Source of the DNA: Trichoplax adhaerens
Lineage: Eukaryota; Animalia; Placozoa
Assembly: GCF_000150275.1 (NCBI RefSeq)
Contig: NW_002060949.1
Location: 209,861 to 273,860, forward strand
DNA length: 64,000 nucleotides
Direction: 5' to 3'
The position numbers and the translations under genes were made by a program. Under the pieces are notes generated by a model. The model saw nothing but the letters and a program-made list of their open reading frames with translations. It was not told where the DNA came from and did no database searches. Positions 41,401 to 55,408 of the stretch are shown here, in pieces. Numbering within the stretch: position 1 is the stretch's first letter; every line of letters starts with the position of its first letter.

Positions 41401-44400
41401 GACATATCATTGGATGTATACAAATGATGTTTCATTCGTAAACCATAGCTTCCAACCGGCAATTCGATTGACATACTGCTTGAAATTTCGACACTAGCGC
41501 TAGGACGAATATATCCCGACATATCGAATGTACGAGGTGGTATAAACAATCCTTTTAAGTTCATTTTAGTTCCAACCTCGAGTGCGGTAACTGCACTACC
41601 ATTAACTACCATCTTAAGTGGAATACCGGCAACAGTTGGTATTATTAAAACTTTGTGAAGGAAGCTGAAACTTTTACTGAGACTCTTATTTTTACCTTGA
41701 AGTAATTCTTCTGCCATTTGCAATGCTTTTTTCATGCTATCAAAGTTACGTAACTTGTTGAAGAAGCCAAAGCCTTTGAAGTCTTCATAGGAAATTTCAT
41801 TGCCTTGAATGTTAGTGTAAGCCATACCTTGAGGTTCCATTTGAAGGTGATCCTTGTTTGTATTTAATTCTTGCAAATGTTGACGTAAGACATCATCTTT
41901 AATGTTACTTAAGCTATCAACCACATTCGTCATTTTGTTAATAAGGTTTTTGCCCTTGTTGCGACGATGCTTCATAATATTGCTTAGGACGGAGTTCTTT
42001 TGATGATGCTTTTTGAAAAAATAACTCAAAAATTTCATATTTCTGATGTAGCCTTTTTCTCCAAAAAGTGCTTCCATAGTATTTTCAAATCCTTCAATTC
42101 GAAGTCCGGACTAATAATGAATGAAGACATTTGTTAGAGTCTTATTATAAGGTAGAAGGATTTCCTTTAAAGACTGTACTATAGCAAATCAAGATTAATA
42201 AATAACACTATGTGTTACAAAAGTTTAGTCTTGCTTACTTCAAGGTTAAATTTGTGACCAAATAATTCGGTATTTAAGCGAAGCATTCCACTACGAGGAA
42301 TATAACTCTTCGGTGAAAATAGCAGATGTCCTTCAGCTGATAAGCCACTCATGATATCCTCTACAAAGTTAATAAGATAATTTAATCTATATTCATCTTA
42401 TACTTATATAAAATTATTGCTAGCAAACACTAATAGCGCTAAATTACCGTTATAGTAAGACTTTTGCCAGGCTTTGGAGTGACGAAGAAATTCAATCTTA
42501 AAAGGTCTAATTTTTTCTTTCTTTAAGATTTCTTGAACGATCGTCAAATTAGCTGGATAATTTGACTCACTAATCGATTTCAAGTGGCTGTAAATGAAAG
42601 CTCCAACTTGTTCATTGGCTTCATTATTGTTATGGTTGGCAATGATATTTTTAACTTCTTGTTCAGTTGGACTTCTGATGATTTGTAGGTAAGCTTCAGT
42701 TCGAATTTCAACATCTTGCAATTGATTTTGATACAGAGTGAATAAGCTCGTTTTGACCTAAAGCACAGAATAGTAACATCATATAAGAATTACCGTTTCT
42801 ATCTTTTCCGTTTGGTAACGCAAATTATTAAAATCTAAATACGAAATTACTGATAAAGTACAACAACTTGATTATTTAATAAAGCTACAAATTCCTGCTT
42901 TGATAGGATTTGATTTACCTCGCTATTAAGATTCATCTTGCGCAATGCTCTAATAGCAGTAATTTTGTATTGTATTGGATTGTTGGCCTTTGCGCACTGC
43001 AAGATATGTGGCTGCAAATTCTTGGCTGCATCGCCAATATTTCCTATGCTTTTTAGCATTGCATGTAACATGTTCATATCATTCTGGTTAGTGACCTTGC
43101 AGTTATCTTTATCAAGGAATTGCTTGATTTGGGCAAGGGTCCTTTGAATAACAACCTTCACAAGAAATTAAAATTGGGAGTAAACGATTATATAGTGATC
43201 AGGATAAAATAGTACAAAAATATGAATAAATATTATAACACACCGCACATGATAATGTATTAATTTTACAAGAGGTTTGCGAATTCTAAATCCACATTAT
43301 TTATTTATTTATGAATATGCTACTTACCATTTGACTACAAGCAGCCAACCCAACTTTCTGGCATTTTGAATTAATCATTGTTCCAAGACTTAGAGCAGAA
43401 GCACGAAAGATCTTATAATGCAACTTCGTCGGATTGAGACTGAAAACTTTCAAAACGTCAAGAATTTGCCTTTCGCTTGGATCTTGTAAAAAGGATTGGC
43501 TAGTTAGGAACATAGCAGCTCCTTTGCCTTTAATGAATCCTTTGGCAATTGCGTCAGCTACTTCTGATCTACAGTCTTCAGTTCCACAAGAGGTTATTGC
43601 ATCTCTAAATGCTTTCCTATTTAAAGTTATATCATGTCATATGGTACATTACTTAATCTTCATTATATATAGCACTACTGCATTAAAAAATAAACATAAG
43701 AAATGCCTTTTAGAAATTGAATGAACTGTTAATATAGTAATTACCTGCAACGATGACTTTTATCCCAAAATAGAGATCGAATAGCGTTAATATCATCCTG
43801 GGACGCTTGCTTCAACAGTGTGACAAGCTTATGAAACAGGTAGGGGGATTCCCTAGGCAAAAGACCATAATTGTTTTTGCATAAATTGTCCACAATCTGT
43901 TTAGCTTCCGCATTTAGTTTTTCTTTTGAAATCTTGGGCTTTTCATCCTTGTGAAATTGAAACTTGACTGATACGAAGTTCACTAAATCGAATAGAGTAC
44001 ATGAATTTATCAACTTATTCTTATTTGATATGCCCAAGGTACATAAATGAAACAAGCTTAATTACCATTTTTCTTGGTGAGGATCAATTCTGAATCTTGC
44101 ATCATACGGAATTCTTGTGTTACTAGAGTGATTGCGCCCGAAGTTTTATTGGAGAACGGACGGAACATATGGGTTTCCGTACAGGTAATTCTGTAAAGCG
44201 TCCTTTGCCGAAAGCGATATTGACATTGGCTATTGGAACGGATCATATCTCTAGCTTTGGGGAGCATATTCTTGATACTTTGTAACCAGCCACTATTATG
44301 AGGTCTTTCATTTTCGTTGCAAGCATTCAAAAGACGAACTTTTTTTGCATCACGAACAAAACGATCTTCGCTTCGACCTCTAAAAGTATATTGGCTGGTA

Positions 44401-47174
44401 CAGTTGCCATGAATATCTACTTCGTTGATCTCGACGTTGTTCTCTTTGAAATGTTGGAATTGCAAAGCAGACAGTATACCACGTTTCATGTTAAGAATTG
44501 AGGTATCTTCTTCTTTAGCAGCTTCAATTCTCTTGATAGCGCCATTGCATGCAGTAAATCTAACTGGATGCTCCTCAAGCATGTTCGCTAGTTTCTGCTG
44601 ATCATGAGGCACCAGGGTTACTGTATTCATACCTGCTTTAAAAGTAGGCTTTTTGATCTATATATTCATTTGTTATATCGTAGATAAGGAAAATGATTGA
44701 TGAGTGATGCTATAATGATTATGGTATATTTTACTTTATACTTATGCAGTATCTTTATTTATCTCATATTGTGAAATAAATAAGATATCTAATGTAGTTA
44801 AAGATATATATGCATATATGCGTATGCAATCTTTTTAATTTATATGCAAAAAATTAACTTTCAATTACTTATGCTCTACTAACCTGCAGTATTCCAACTC
44901 CATAGGAATCTATTTTCACCTCCAGTATAGCTTTCAAAATAAGCCGGCTTGGATTTGGAGATGAACCTGAGATCAATGTGTCTATCTTTGCTTCATAGTT
45001 ATACCTTGCATTGTTCTTTGCAAAGAAATGACCTAAAATGTACGATTAAAATTAATTTAAATTTCATATGGCAATCACAAGGAAAGAAGTGATAACTATG
45101 TAACGTCTTTGGTATGTTACATGAAAATATTACGCTCTAAAATTTTACCCTCTCTTTTTTATCTACTGAATAAAGCCAGTTAATAATATCTTAGCATAAA
45201 CATGTCGAAATGAAATGTTTAAATGTTCTTACACGTTAACGGTATTAAATTTGAGACATATTTGTACTGCATAATAGTATATTTAAGCTTTGATATGAAT
45301 TTATCTAGTATAAACACATTTAATACATTAAACCTCGTAAATTAGAGACTAGATATTAGCTTTTATACTCTTACAACAAGTACAATACACGAAATATGAA
45401 GGTATTTGTTGGAATATCTTTTACTAATACATCCGATTGCAACGACTACATATTTAATATAATGGAATTCAAAAATTAACTAATTACTATCATTACCCGA
45501 TGCGATATTATGTACAATAGTACACGAAATATCTTCTACTTATACATTATATTGTAACGATTAAATATTTAGTATTGGGTAGGACTTAGAAATTAATTAT
45601 TTCATATTGGTACTAGTATAATTTGCACGACAGCCTCATTTGCATTTGTGCTCAAATGGCACAAATTATATCCTACAGCTACACTGTATTTATCCTCAAA
45701 CTTGATAATTTAAGGCGTTCACTTTTCACAGCTGAATACGAATCATTTTCTTCGCTAATGTCAACACATTCTCAGAGCCGATTACGATTTGTATAGATAA
45801 TGAGGATAAAATTCAATGGCATGACGCAATAGTGACGACGATGGTGATGCAGTCAGTTACAGTAATTTATTTTAAATGGTATGTCAATCGTCTGTGGGCT
45901 AATAAATAAATAATAATTAATTATGCGGAGAATACCGTACTAAATACTAAGAAGCTGAAGGATATTTTGCGCGGGAGCGTTATTTTCTATCGCAATACTG
46001 AGTTTTAATACTGATTCATTTTGATACTATTTTACCAAGAATAAACCGGTAGGTGTCATAATAACTACCGTGGTATGGTGAATTAAATTAAAATTATGTG
46101 AAATTATGTAACCTACAGCATGAGAATGTAACTACTGTCGCTATAGATAAATACATGATCATTTGTGGCAGTAATAAAAATTTTCACGGTAACTCATGAA
46201 ATTAGCAGTTGATAACTGCTTTAAGGGCCTAATCTCGCAGATTAGTGAGTGAGAAATTTAAGTAATACGATATGTTAATTGAAAATTATTAAATTTCAGT
46301 AAATTGTGAAAGAAAATCTGAGAATAGAAGTGAATTTTAGAGTCATGCAAATCAATTACGGGAAAAATTCGAACTGTAAGTGCACAGATGTACCGTATAT
46401 GACAGTTGTATTATCAACAGTTTTCTCCAAAATGGTATAAGTAACAAAATAATTTTTAAAAGGCAAGAGTTCGATTACAATGAGAAAAGTCAATTTTAGG
46501 AGAAAAGTTTGCGGGTATTTATAGTAAGTTTTTTATCGTCAGCGATTGCTAAAGTAACCAGATTAGATGTAAAGAACTAAATTTCTCCTTTAAAAATTTA
46601 AACAGAAGTTATCATTAGCAGAAAAGAAATCGATATACTGACTAAAAACGCTACATTCAAGTTGGTAAACATTTTTCCTGATTCAGGGATGATATTAGAA
46701 AGCAATACGAAGAGTTATAGCCACTTTACAAGTTTATTTGATATCAAATAAAGTCAACTAAATTTTTAACCGTTTGAAATGAGGTAATTAAGTTAAATAC
46801 TTACCTGGATTGCATTCATTACTTGCTAAATCCGGGCTGTATATAGGTTTTAACGGTACTATTTGGATTAAAAATTTGAAATGATTAAAACTGGATTTAG
46901 AATTGCAAAATTTCAGAATCACAAAATGAATGGATGATCTAAAAGAAGTTGTTGCATTCTATCTGATATTGACGTTAGCATAAACTAAAATTATTGTATT
47001 AGGCTAACTAATTTACAGGTATTCTTCTTACTGATAAAATATACACGAGAATACTAAGAAGAAAAGAAGAATTTGATTGATAAGAAACTTTTCTACCGTA
47101 AAATTTTTCATTGCCGAATTACCTGAAAAACTACTGGCAAGAAATACCAGTAGTATTAGAATCGAAATTTTCAT
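29431..47174 (-). CDS. Giant large lipid transfer protein (apolipophorin/ApoB/vitellogenin family): signal peptide, Vitellogenin_N, long beta- and alpha-repeat region, VWD, C8 and a C-terminal vWA-like domain, ~4,900 aa
   Basis: Signal-peptide exon MKISILILLVFLASSFS (47174-47123); exon 46858-46805; exon ~45032-44884 ARYNYEAKID. Vitellogenin_N motifs ILNMKRGILSALQ, EVDIHGNCTSQY, CTETHMFRPFS (44058-44630), LKSIGNIG, AIRALRK, DVEIRTEAYL, EQVGAFIYSHL, YIPRSGMLRL. Giant exon 42110-31223 (EALFGEKGY, IPTVAGIPL, APFFPLTGP). VWD/C8 exon ~31148-30300 (IMTFD, AGLLGNMDGEKSND, LADNWEV, FAAYLQRC). Final exon with a vWA-like fold (LDLVIVV, VRFGLIGFGG), stop 29431. Confidence 0.92.
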
Positions 47175-47228
47175 GTTGCCTGTGCAGACAACTCGATACA
47201 ACTAACTTAAGCTTTGACGAACACCTAA

Positions 47229-47433
47229 TTTTATATTTCGTCAACGTAGGGTTATCCTCACTTTATGATTCACATCGAAATCACTAATAATCAGCATCAC
47301 GGGGTGCCAATTCTTAACCTCTTTCTCCAATACATTTTAAGCAAGTTATTTTTTGCTATCCTGCCGTTTCTGTTTATGCCAAAAATTTAATAAAATATCA
47401 ACTAAAGGATGAACTTTGATCACTTTGACGTCA
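47229..47433 (-). promoter_or_regulatory. Putative LLTP promoter: TATA box, DR1/HNF4-like element and CRE
   Basis: Minus-strand TATAAAA at 47229-47235 (~55 bp upstream of ATG 47174); TGATCA-A-AGTTCA (DR1-like) at 47410-47422; perfect TGACGTCA at 47426-47433. Confidence 0.5.
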
Positions 47434-50400
47434 TGGAATGGTTAAATGATACGGTTTTACCGCAAAAGATGTAAATGGGAAAAAAATTTTTTATTTTTAT
47501 TTTAGGCAGAAAGTAATGGAATTGAGTAGTAATGTCTGATTTCATTTCATTACATTTCTATTGAGATCTTTATGCCGTTTCAGTCTCAGAAATATAAATC
47601 TGTGCTAGTTACTTTTTTGATAATTTCATGAATCGATGAGTGAAAAAGATAGGTCTCACTGGTTCTTGTCTATAAGTCTCTTGGTACCCTCGTGCTTGAA
47701 GACTTCGTTTATTTCCGCGACCGATTAGATTAATTTTATTTATCGATTGATTTTGCTAATAATGATTGGCTGAGTAATTCTGTAAACAGTTTGATAGAGA
47801 AATTTGTTTTTATTCACGGCAAAACAAGTCTTCTATTCTATTTACGAGCTTAACAGGTAGCCACATGAATCAATATGTACCGATATTATTGAATAAATTA
47901 CCTAAAGGTTATAACTTGCCTCTGGCCTTTCTATACTGTATAGAATAATAATACTACTTTTAAAATTCTTGCTTTGTCACTGCATGAGTATAGGATAGAA
48001 TTGATTTAATAACAAGTTAGTATCATAACTACGCTCTTTAACTAAATATTACAATAAGGGTATCTTTGTCAGCATAAAATAACTTACGTTGCCTAGCGCT
48101 ATCTTGTGTCTGGATATTTAATTACAAAGATGGCTTTCAAAAGAATTAGATTATTCGATATGACTTATATCATAACTCTTTTATCCAATTTTTGCCGCTC
48201 AATATAGCAAAACAACACCGCAATATTGAAATGATAGTAATCCGTGAATCTCTGATAAAATTTGCCACTCAATTAGGATTTACTCCAAAATATACATTTT
48301 TTATTCTTGAGTTTTGATCTGAGTTCATGAACAATTCCATATAATTTCACAGTAATTTATTAGATTATCTTATGCTACGTGATGTTCATGGAATTACGAA
48401 ACTTCGTACTCTCCAGTAGGTGTCTACCACAAATTGGAAAAAATTCTTTTTTTGACCCTTTTGCTGTATAGTAATTGACTAAAGATCGGTTTCGGAAAGT
48501 TAATACCGCTGATTGAACGGAACAAAAATTGTATTGACAAGCTTACTATTCAAGCAATAAAAAGCTTAAAATCAATATTCATCATAGCAAGTCACACTAA
48601 TAATGAAATTGTGTAGCGATAGTTTATAAAATTTCAGGTAGTAATATAGTTTCATCAAATTATATGATGTTTCAGTCTGAAATCAAGCATTAGTCAGTGT
48701 CTAGTAGGAATACCCTATATGGAATTAATATTCCGGTAAAATATACTGACGATCAATGCTGTTTCTGCTTACTATTACAAGTTCTATAAAGTATTAATCG
48801 GTAATCTTCCAGTGAAAGCACTTTCAGATTTTGATAGGCTACTAAATATCGCAATAGCTTTGAGTCTAAAAGACTTCTTGTAGAATATTTCATAGTAAGA
48901 TACATATACCATTCAATTGATTTTCAGTCGCATTAAACTTCTTATAATTAATTTTATACCCATTTCTTGAATTGTACATGTTTTTCAAAGAAAGTGTGAA
49001 AATAGCTAGTGCTAAACAGTATCTTATTCGGATACAGCGACCGTTAGAGTTAAATCTTCTTAGATAGAACGTCTTCCTATGAAATTTCCTGACTTTGACA
49101 GTTTTTAACAGGCAGAATAATCCTGTATGTTTAATTATTTAGTAATTTTTGAAGTAGACTCTTGTAAGGGTTCCTTATCATAAAAGTATAAATTCTATCA
49201 GTCAATTAATTATGCTTCCCCACAAATTCACGTGTTTAATTTTAAATTTTATTATGCTAAAAAATTTTGAGCAAGATATTAAAGATTGTTTTGATAGAAA
49301 TTGAGAGGCCATCTTTATCTAATATTACCATTTTGCCTCATAGTCAGATTACTAAAACTAGCAATAGAATATTTTTGAGAAAATTTTGTCTAGTTCTGAC
49401 CCATTCCAACATAGCAAAAAATTCATTTAGAGAGTAAAATAATGGCAAAAAATTTAGGAAAATACACTGAAAGAACTTAAATTTATATTAAAAATCCAGC
49501 CAAAATCAGGGACTTCTAACGATTCCTTCTAGAAGTCGCAGGCAAAACTGTACAATATTTCATTATAGTAGCATATAAAATTCAAGCTAATGCTAATGCC
49601 AGCATAGTAATCGATTAAATCTCTATAATATTGACTATGCAGTGAAATAGAAATGGTTCTTAATAAAATGTAGGTGTTCATTCATTCCAATCTTTTAAGC
49701 GAACATATACCATTGTTCTGACTATTAAAAAAATTACGTTTATGAATCATTGCAGCTAGTAGAATATGCTAACAAACATGATAATAAATTAATGACCTCA
49801 ACAGCGGATAAGCATTCGGTGAGCAATCAAACATGTTTAGTTCAGCACGATAATATATCACTGTTGATTTTAGATTATTGCCTGCTGTGCAATAAATAAC
49901 AGAACATACATCGCTACATGCAAACTCCAATTTTTCTGGTTATAAGTTTTTACGGCGATCGTAAATGGTATAAACGACCTTGAACCTTGCTACTGTAGGC
50001 CTGATATTTCATATTAAAATGCTATTATTGAAATTTTATAAAATAAGTAAAATACAGCAGTTATTGAAAGTTGTTTTCGACAATCTTGACCTCTTTTGAT
50101 AAGGTAAATTCAAGCTATAATTCTTATATTTAACATTAAACTGTAGCTGCCAGGATATGTAACAGAAATTTACGATTAGTAATTATTTCTATATTTTATA
50201 GCTGCAATCTGAATTAGATTACATAATTTCCTTTTCGGGTGCGCATTCTATCTTAATTGAAATGATATCGATTAAAACGTTGTAGAAAGGAATCTATTTG
50301 ATTTTTAAAAAAAGTCGGAGATCGATACTAAGTTGTTTCAGTATATTATTCTTCTGACTCTTCCAATTAATATAAATATCCTTTTAGATAAATAATGTAC

Positions 50401-53400
50401 TGGTGTTTAATATATCTTTTGTGTATTTTTTCAATTGTAGATGCATAATATTGAGCCGGTATCAGTGCTTAAGAAAGGTATGAAATAATGTGTTAGAAAG
50501 TAATTAACGCAATAGTCGCTATTTAAGACATATGTCACAGTGCAATTTTTCGGTGACAATCTTCTGCTTGTTTAAAGTTAAAGCAATTTGGTGACGCCAT
50601 TAAGCGACGTATGATAGGAAGGGCCGATAACTAGTATTAGGGTAATGATGGACTGAAGGTGTGAAATTAGCAGAAATTAATTTCAGAAACCAATCGTTTT
50701 ATAAGCGGTAAATTTATTAGTATATTAATATGAGTTTGCTGGCATTAAATTTACGGATTGCCGTTAAACTAAATTATCAAACCATTACGAAATATTTTGT
50801 TATAATTACAATGGCATGACTGTGGCGGTGGACAAACCTATTCGCAATACTTATTTCGAAGCAACAATAAGAATTAATATCATAGAATACTTTTCCTAGA
50901 AATTATAGGCACTAATGATGAATTTACTGGGAGATAAAACTAGAGAGAGAAATTTGATTTTATTATGTGTGCTAAGCTCAGACGATTTAACCGTATATGC
51001 ACGGAGGTTGAGCATTTAAACACTCAATAGCTTTTAGCTGCATAGATACTAGAATATCAACTTATCTATTTAGTGATAGTATATGTACTAATTTACTTTA
51101 CGCAGCCTGTAAAATATAAATTCTGACAAATTAACTCTAGAATTCAATAAAGAAATCACTATGTAAATCTGTTTAAGTGCATTTAGTTGCCATATATAGA
51201 AATTGTACAGTAAAGAAAAGTGTGCCAATTAATCAGTTGACTGTGAAGTTTAGCTGAGAAATCGAATTCTCATATAAAGCTCGGAATCGAGGCTAAAAAT
51301 ACTGGGAAAGCAGCCCGAGTTGTTGTAATTGCACTAAAGTTCTTTAAATATCTTTGCTATGTGTGAGAATTATGACATAAATATGCTGTATACAGTGGAT
51401 AATACAGCACATGACGCAAATGAGAGCATAAAGTGCATAACATATATGTGTACAGATTTTGTTCATTCTGAGCTATATCAGACTTAACGTACATCTACAG
51501 TATTATAATTAGAAGCAATACAATTGACGAGGATCTATTTTAACTCTTAAGTGTAGGTATGCATATGAGGCTGTAGTGAAGTAGCCTTCACATAGATGTT
51601 ATCACTGGACTTGAACGATGCAACTGAAAGTGCGCATGACGGTTGATTTATATTCAAGATATCTCTTATCGTCTAACGAAGTATTATACTGGACCGTAAG
51701 ACTTAGGACTATTTGCACTATAACTGAATTCATAATAAAGATTTATCTAAGCTCAAGTTATTACATTAATACATATATGGAAGTGATTAGTATTAGGAGA
51801 CGGACATCCCTTTATTACAGAGGCTTAAATTGTTGATTTATATGTCCATTTGAGCTACCGAAACAGTAGATAAATATAGCAATCATGGGACGTATACTAG
51901 TACCCCTAAGTTAACATCAACAGCAAAATTTTACTGCCTGCGAACATCCAATCGCCGATTCCTGTGTTACTCAAAATAAAACTATAAGATAATGATCAGT
52001 ATACAGAATAAAGAGGACTTGTTAAATCAGACTCCTCACGAAATTCATTGCATATTGAGCTTAATTTAAAAATATTAAGGCATAAATTGAAGTAGGCCGA
52101 TTTTGTAGCAATGCCTTTGCGAGTGTAGTGAAGCCCCAAATAAGCTTAAGACTAAAATTATGGAATAATGCGAAGATTGATAAATTGTACGTTAGATTGT
52201 AAGACTGTATAAATTTCTAGTTGTGGAAGATGTTTACGTAATGTATTGTAGTAATTGTATTGAGATACTTATATTAAGACTCTGAGATAATAATAGATAG
52301 CGCTAATTATGTTAGTACTGTGAGATTTGTATTGTAACGCTTTAATTAGAAGCGCAAATTGTGAATTGATAGCGTGATGCTAAATTTAGATGTGATCTTG
52401 TAACTTAATTGATAAGATATGATTGCTTGACAGAAAATCATTGTGTAACGAATTGAATATAATTGTGAATAATGCTGTGATAATTCAGATATTCCTTGGT
52501 AGTTACGAGACAAACCTGATCTTATATAATAAAGTGAAGTTTACAAGAAACGGTAGTTCGCATTGTTGTTTTGAGAAGACACTTTATCACAGTGAGGTTG
52601 ACGAGAATCATAATACTAGGAATTATCGTATTCCTATTTTTGGTAAATTTTCACTTACAAGAATAATGCAAATAATTAATCGTTCAGTTTTATACGGTTA
52701 TACTAGCATATAGATACAGTACATTTAATACCGCAGCCAATAATATCTAACAAATAGACTATGTATTTTATCTAATAACATCCCGTAGGAGAGAGGTTCA
52801 TACAAAGCCTTGCTTCTTTCCTTACTACCCCATTTTAAGATCTTTGTAGGTGATATCATGCTGTTACGGTACGAACTACCGTGAAGAAATAGCTATCTAA
52901 ATTTGGTTAATATAATATAGTGATATTATATTACAACTAGTTATTTACTATAGGAATTACTCTAATTATAAATGTGTTACAGTAAATTTAATGCTGTGCT
53001 GTAATGTGCACTGAAATGATTCTGTGAATGGACATATTGTAGTCCGACTGTGAAAAACTAGTTATCGCCCCTAAGTATTTTTATAAGATGACTTGTGAAT
53101 GTTAGCTGCTGTAGAAGGGTATATAAGCCCATCAGATAGTTGAATAAAGCAGTTCTCAATTGTCTAGTTGTTTTAACGTAGAATCAAAGGCGTCTAAATT
53201 CTTGTTAGGTAGTTAAGGGATACTGAATTCCGGAAGACTATAGTAATTTAGAGATTTGTTTTACGTTATCCTTGTCACGAAGCTGGTTTGTGACACATGC
53301 ATAGGCTTTTATAGTCCTCCAAACGAGAACTAATGATCTCGAGATAAAATAAGTTATGGTGATAGGTAGTGAGGTATTTCATCATGCATGGAAATGCTAA

Positions 53401-53802
53401 ATACGAAATTAAAATTAGCTTTGATAATGGAATTTTTGTCGTGTAGACTGTTATTATAAAAAACGTAGCGGTTGAGTAGTATAGGGAAATAGGGACGAAC
53501 TTAGCCTCTGAATAATGATATTCTGATTTATTTGTGAAAAATGGTTGATACTTCAAGACTAAACTCATTATGGCAACTAAAATTCAAATAAAATTCTAAA
53601 AGCAAAATGAAATGTCAAATTTATTGAAAGATGGATAGCAGATGAGCCACATAATATTAAATCATAATTATATTTGCAGCAAGTCTGCACGTAAGAGATT
53701 TTATACTAGCACACCCTTAAAAATTATACTAAAATTCTACTAATATTAATAAATCAAATTTACGATATCTTATTTATAATATCTTATTTTCTGGATTATG
53801 TT

Positions 53803-53848
53803 TATATATGAACGTGACCGATTTCGCATACGGTCACGTTCATATATA
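53803..53848. repeat. Perfect inverted repeat (18-bp arms, 10-nt loop)
   Basis: tatatatgaacgtgaccg (53803-53820), loop atttcgcata, cggtcacgttcatatata (53831-53848). Confidence 0.9.
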
Positions 53849-55408
53849 CGACGTAAAGGCATTTGCTATTCCAGTACTTTGGTTGTAACACTTAAATTTT
53901 GAACGGAAAAGTGGTGTAGTCGACATCGAATGGTAGTAATATCAACAGAAAGGCGGTGCATAGGTAGTTTTATGAAGAAGTCATTTAGTCCATGAATGAA
54001 AAAGCACTAAAGTCAGCATTAAATCACGAAGTTATCAGCAGAGAGAAAGCACCGGATCAGCTTTGCAATGATGTAGTGCATCATTGAAAAATACACAGAA
54101 ATTAAATTCATCAGCAATAGCTATAATATTTCGTTTTCTACATTGTATTTACACGTTTCCGTAAAAATACCTACGATTTCTAGGCATTGGTAGAAACAGT
54201 TAAGTCTGTTTAAGGTCAGATTTAAAAGCGTACAATAGAGTATTATGTTATATTGCAATTGTATGTTATTATTTGCTTTTTTGAATTATGTTGAAATCAA
54301 AATTTACAAGGAATTTATAAAGCTTTCAATCGTAATACAGTACTAATTTTGAGGTGATTATTGATAGTAATGATAAAGCTTAGTCTTAATTTTATGGCAG
54401 AATGAAATAGTTACAGTGTCATCCTAAATTTTCGCCTTTAAATTCTTGCTCTTTTGATTGATCGGGAAAACTTTAGTTATCTTTTTAAGTAATATTTAGT
54501 GGTAATTATGATTCCATGCTGTGTACTACTCTGTCATTAGTTATGAAGATTCAAATAGCTCGACATATTTAATCCGAGAGTAATGTAACTATCTTTTCGA
54601 GAAGTAACTAGTATGTCAGTTTTAACTGGAAACTTCGAATCATTCCTGGAATAACATGAATAAGCTTTCAATAATTTACAAGATTTTTCAATTTAAATAG
54701 AGCTAGCTAATTCTTAAAACAAACTAATAACATTAACAAATAAATACTTCATCTTTGGCTTCATTTATTTCTCTTAAAATCGTGGAATGTATATTTAACA
54801 TAAAATTTTTCGAAATTTTAGACGTAAATATAAAATACTCGCACATGTTCTATCTGAAAATCGTATTCAAAAACCGAAAACTAGCAAGTTAATCAATTTA
54901 CTGGACTACTATTTTATAAGTAATCGCAGATATGGTGATTCCTATCTGAGATGGTAATATTTTTAAAAATAAAATGGGTTACAATTACGTGATAATTATA
55001 TATTTGGAAAGGAGTACCTGAGTGTAGCATTGCAGCTCAGTTTAAAATAGAACAGGAAATAATAGTTTTCTTGTTCATTAAGAAAAAGGTCTAGGTGAAT
55101 AACTAAATAACTTTGAAAATCAATAAGTTGTAAGGTATAAAATTGTAGATATTTCTATTGTTGTTTAAGTCATTGCTATAGATCATTTTCATTTCAAATC
55201 TGCATACATAATAAAACATGTTTAATAAAGTAGATCGGAAACATAAAATGTAGATTAGTAGCTGATAGTTAAATATTTTCATATTTACACTTGTTGTTTA
55301 GCTAATTAATTGGATGTAGATAAAAAGTTTCCTATTAGTTGTATGGAAAAAGATATAATACAAATTTATCTAAGCTGGTTGTGAAAAACAGTAAAGATCT
55401 TATAGTCG

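Noticed and set aside
46797-46808. ATACTTACCTGG, matching the 5' end of U1 snRNA
   Set aside because: It is the reverse complement of a consensus splice donor (CCAG|GTAAGTAT) of LLTP exon 2; the downstream sequence does not resemble U1.
53275-53568. 97-aa minus-strand ORF (also 51618-51836, 52423-52713)
   Set aside because: No recognisable domain or supporting splice chain; lengths compatible with chance.
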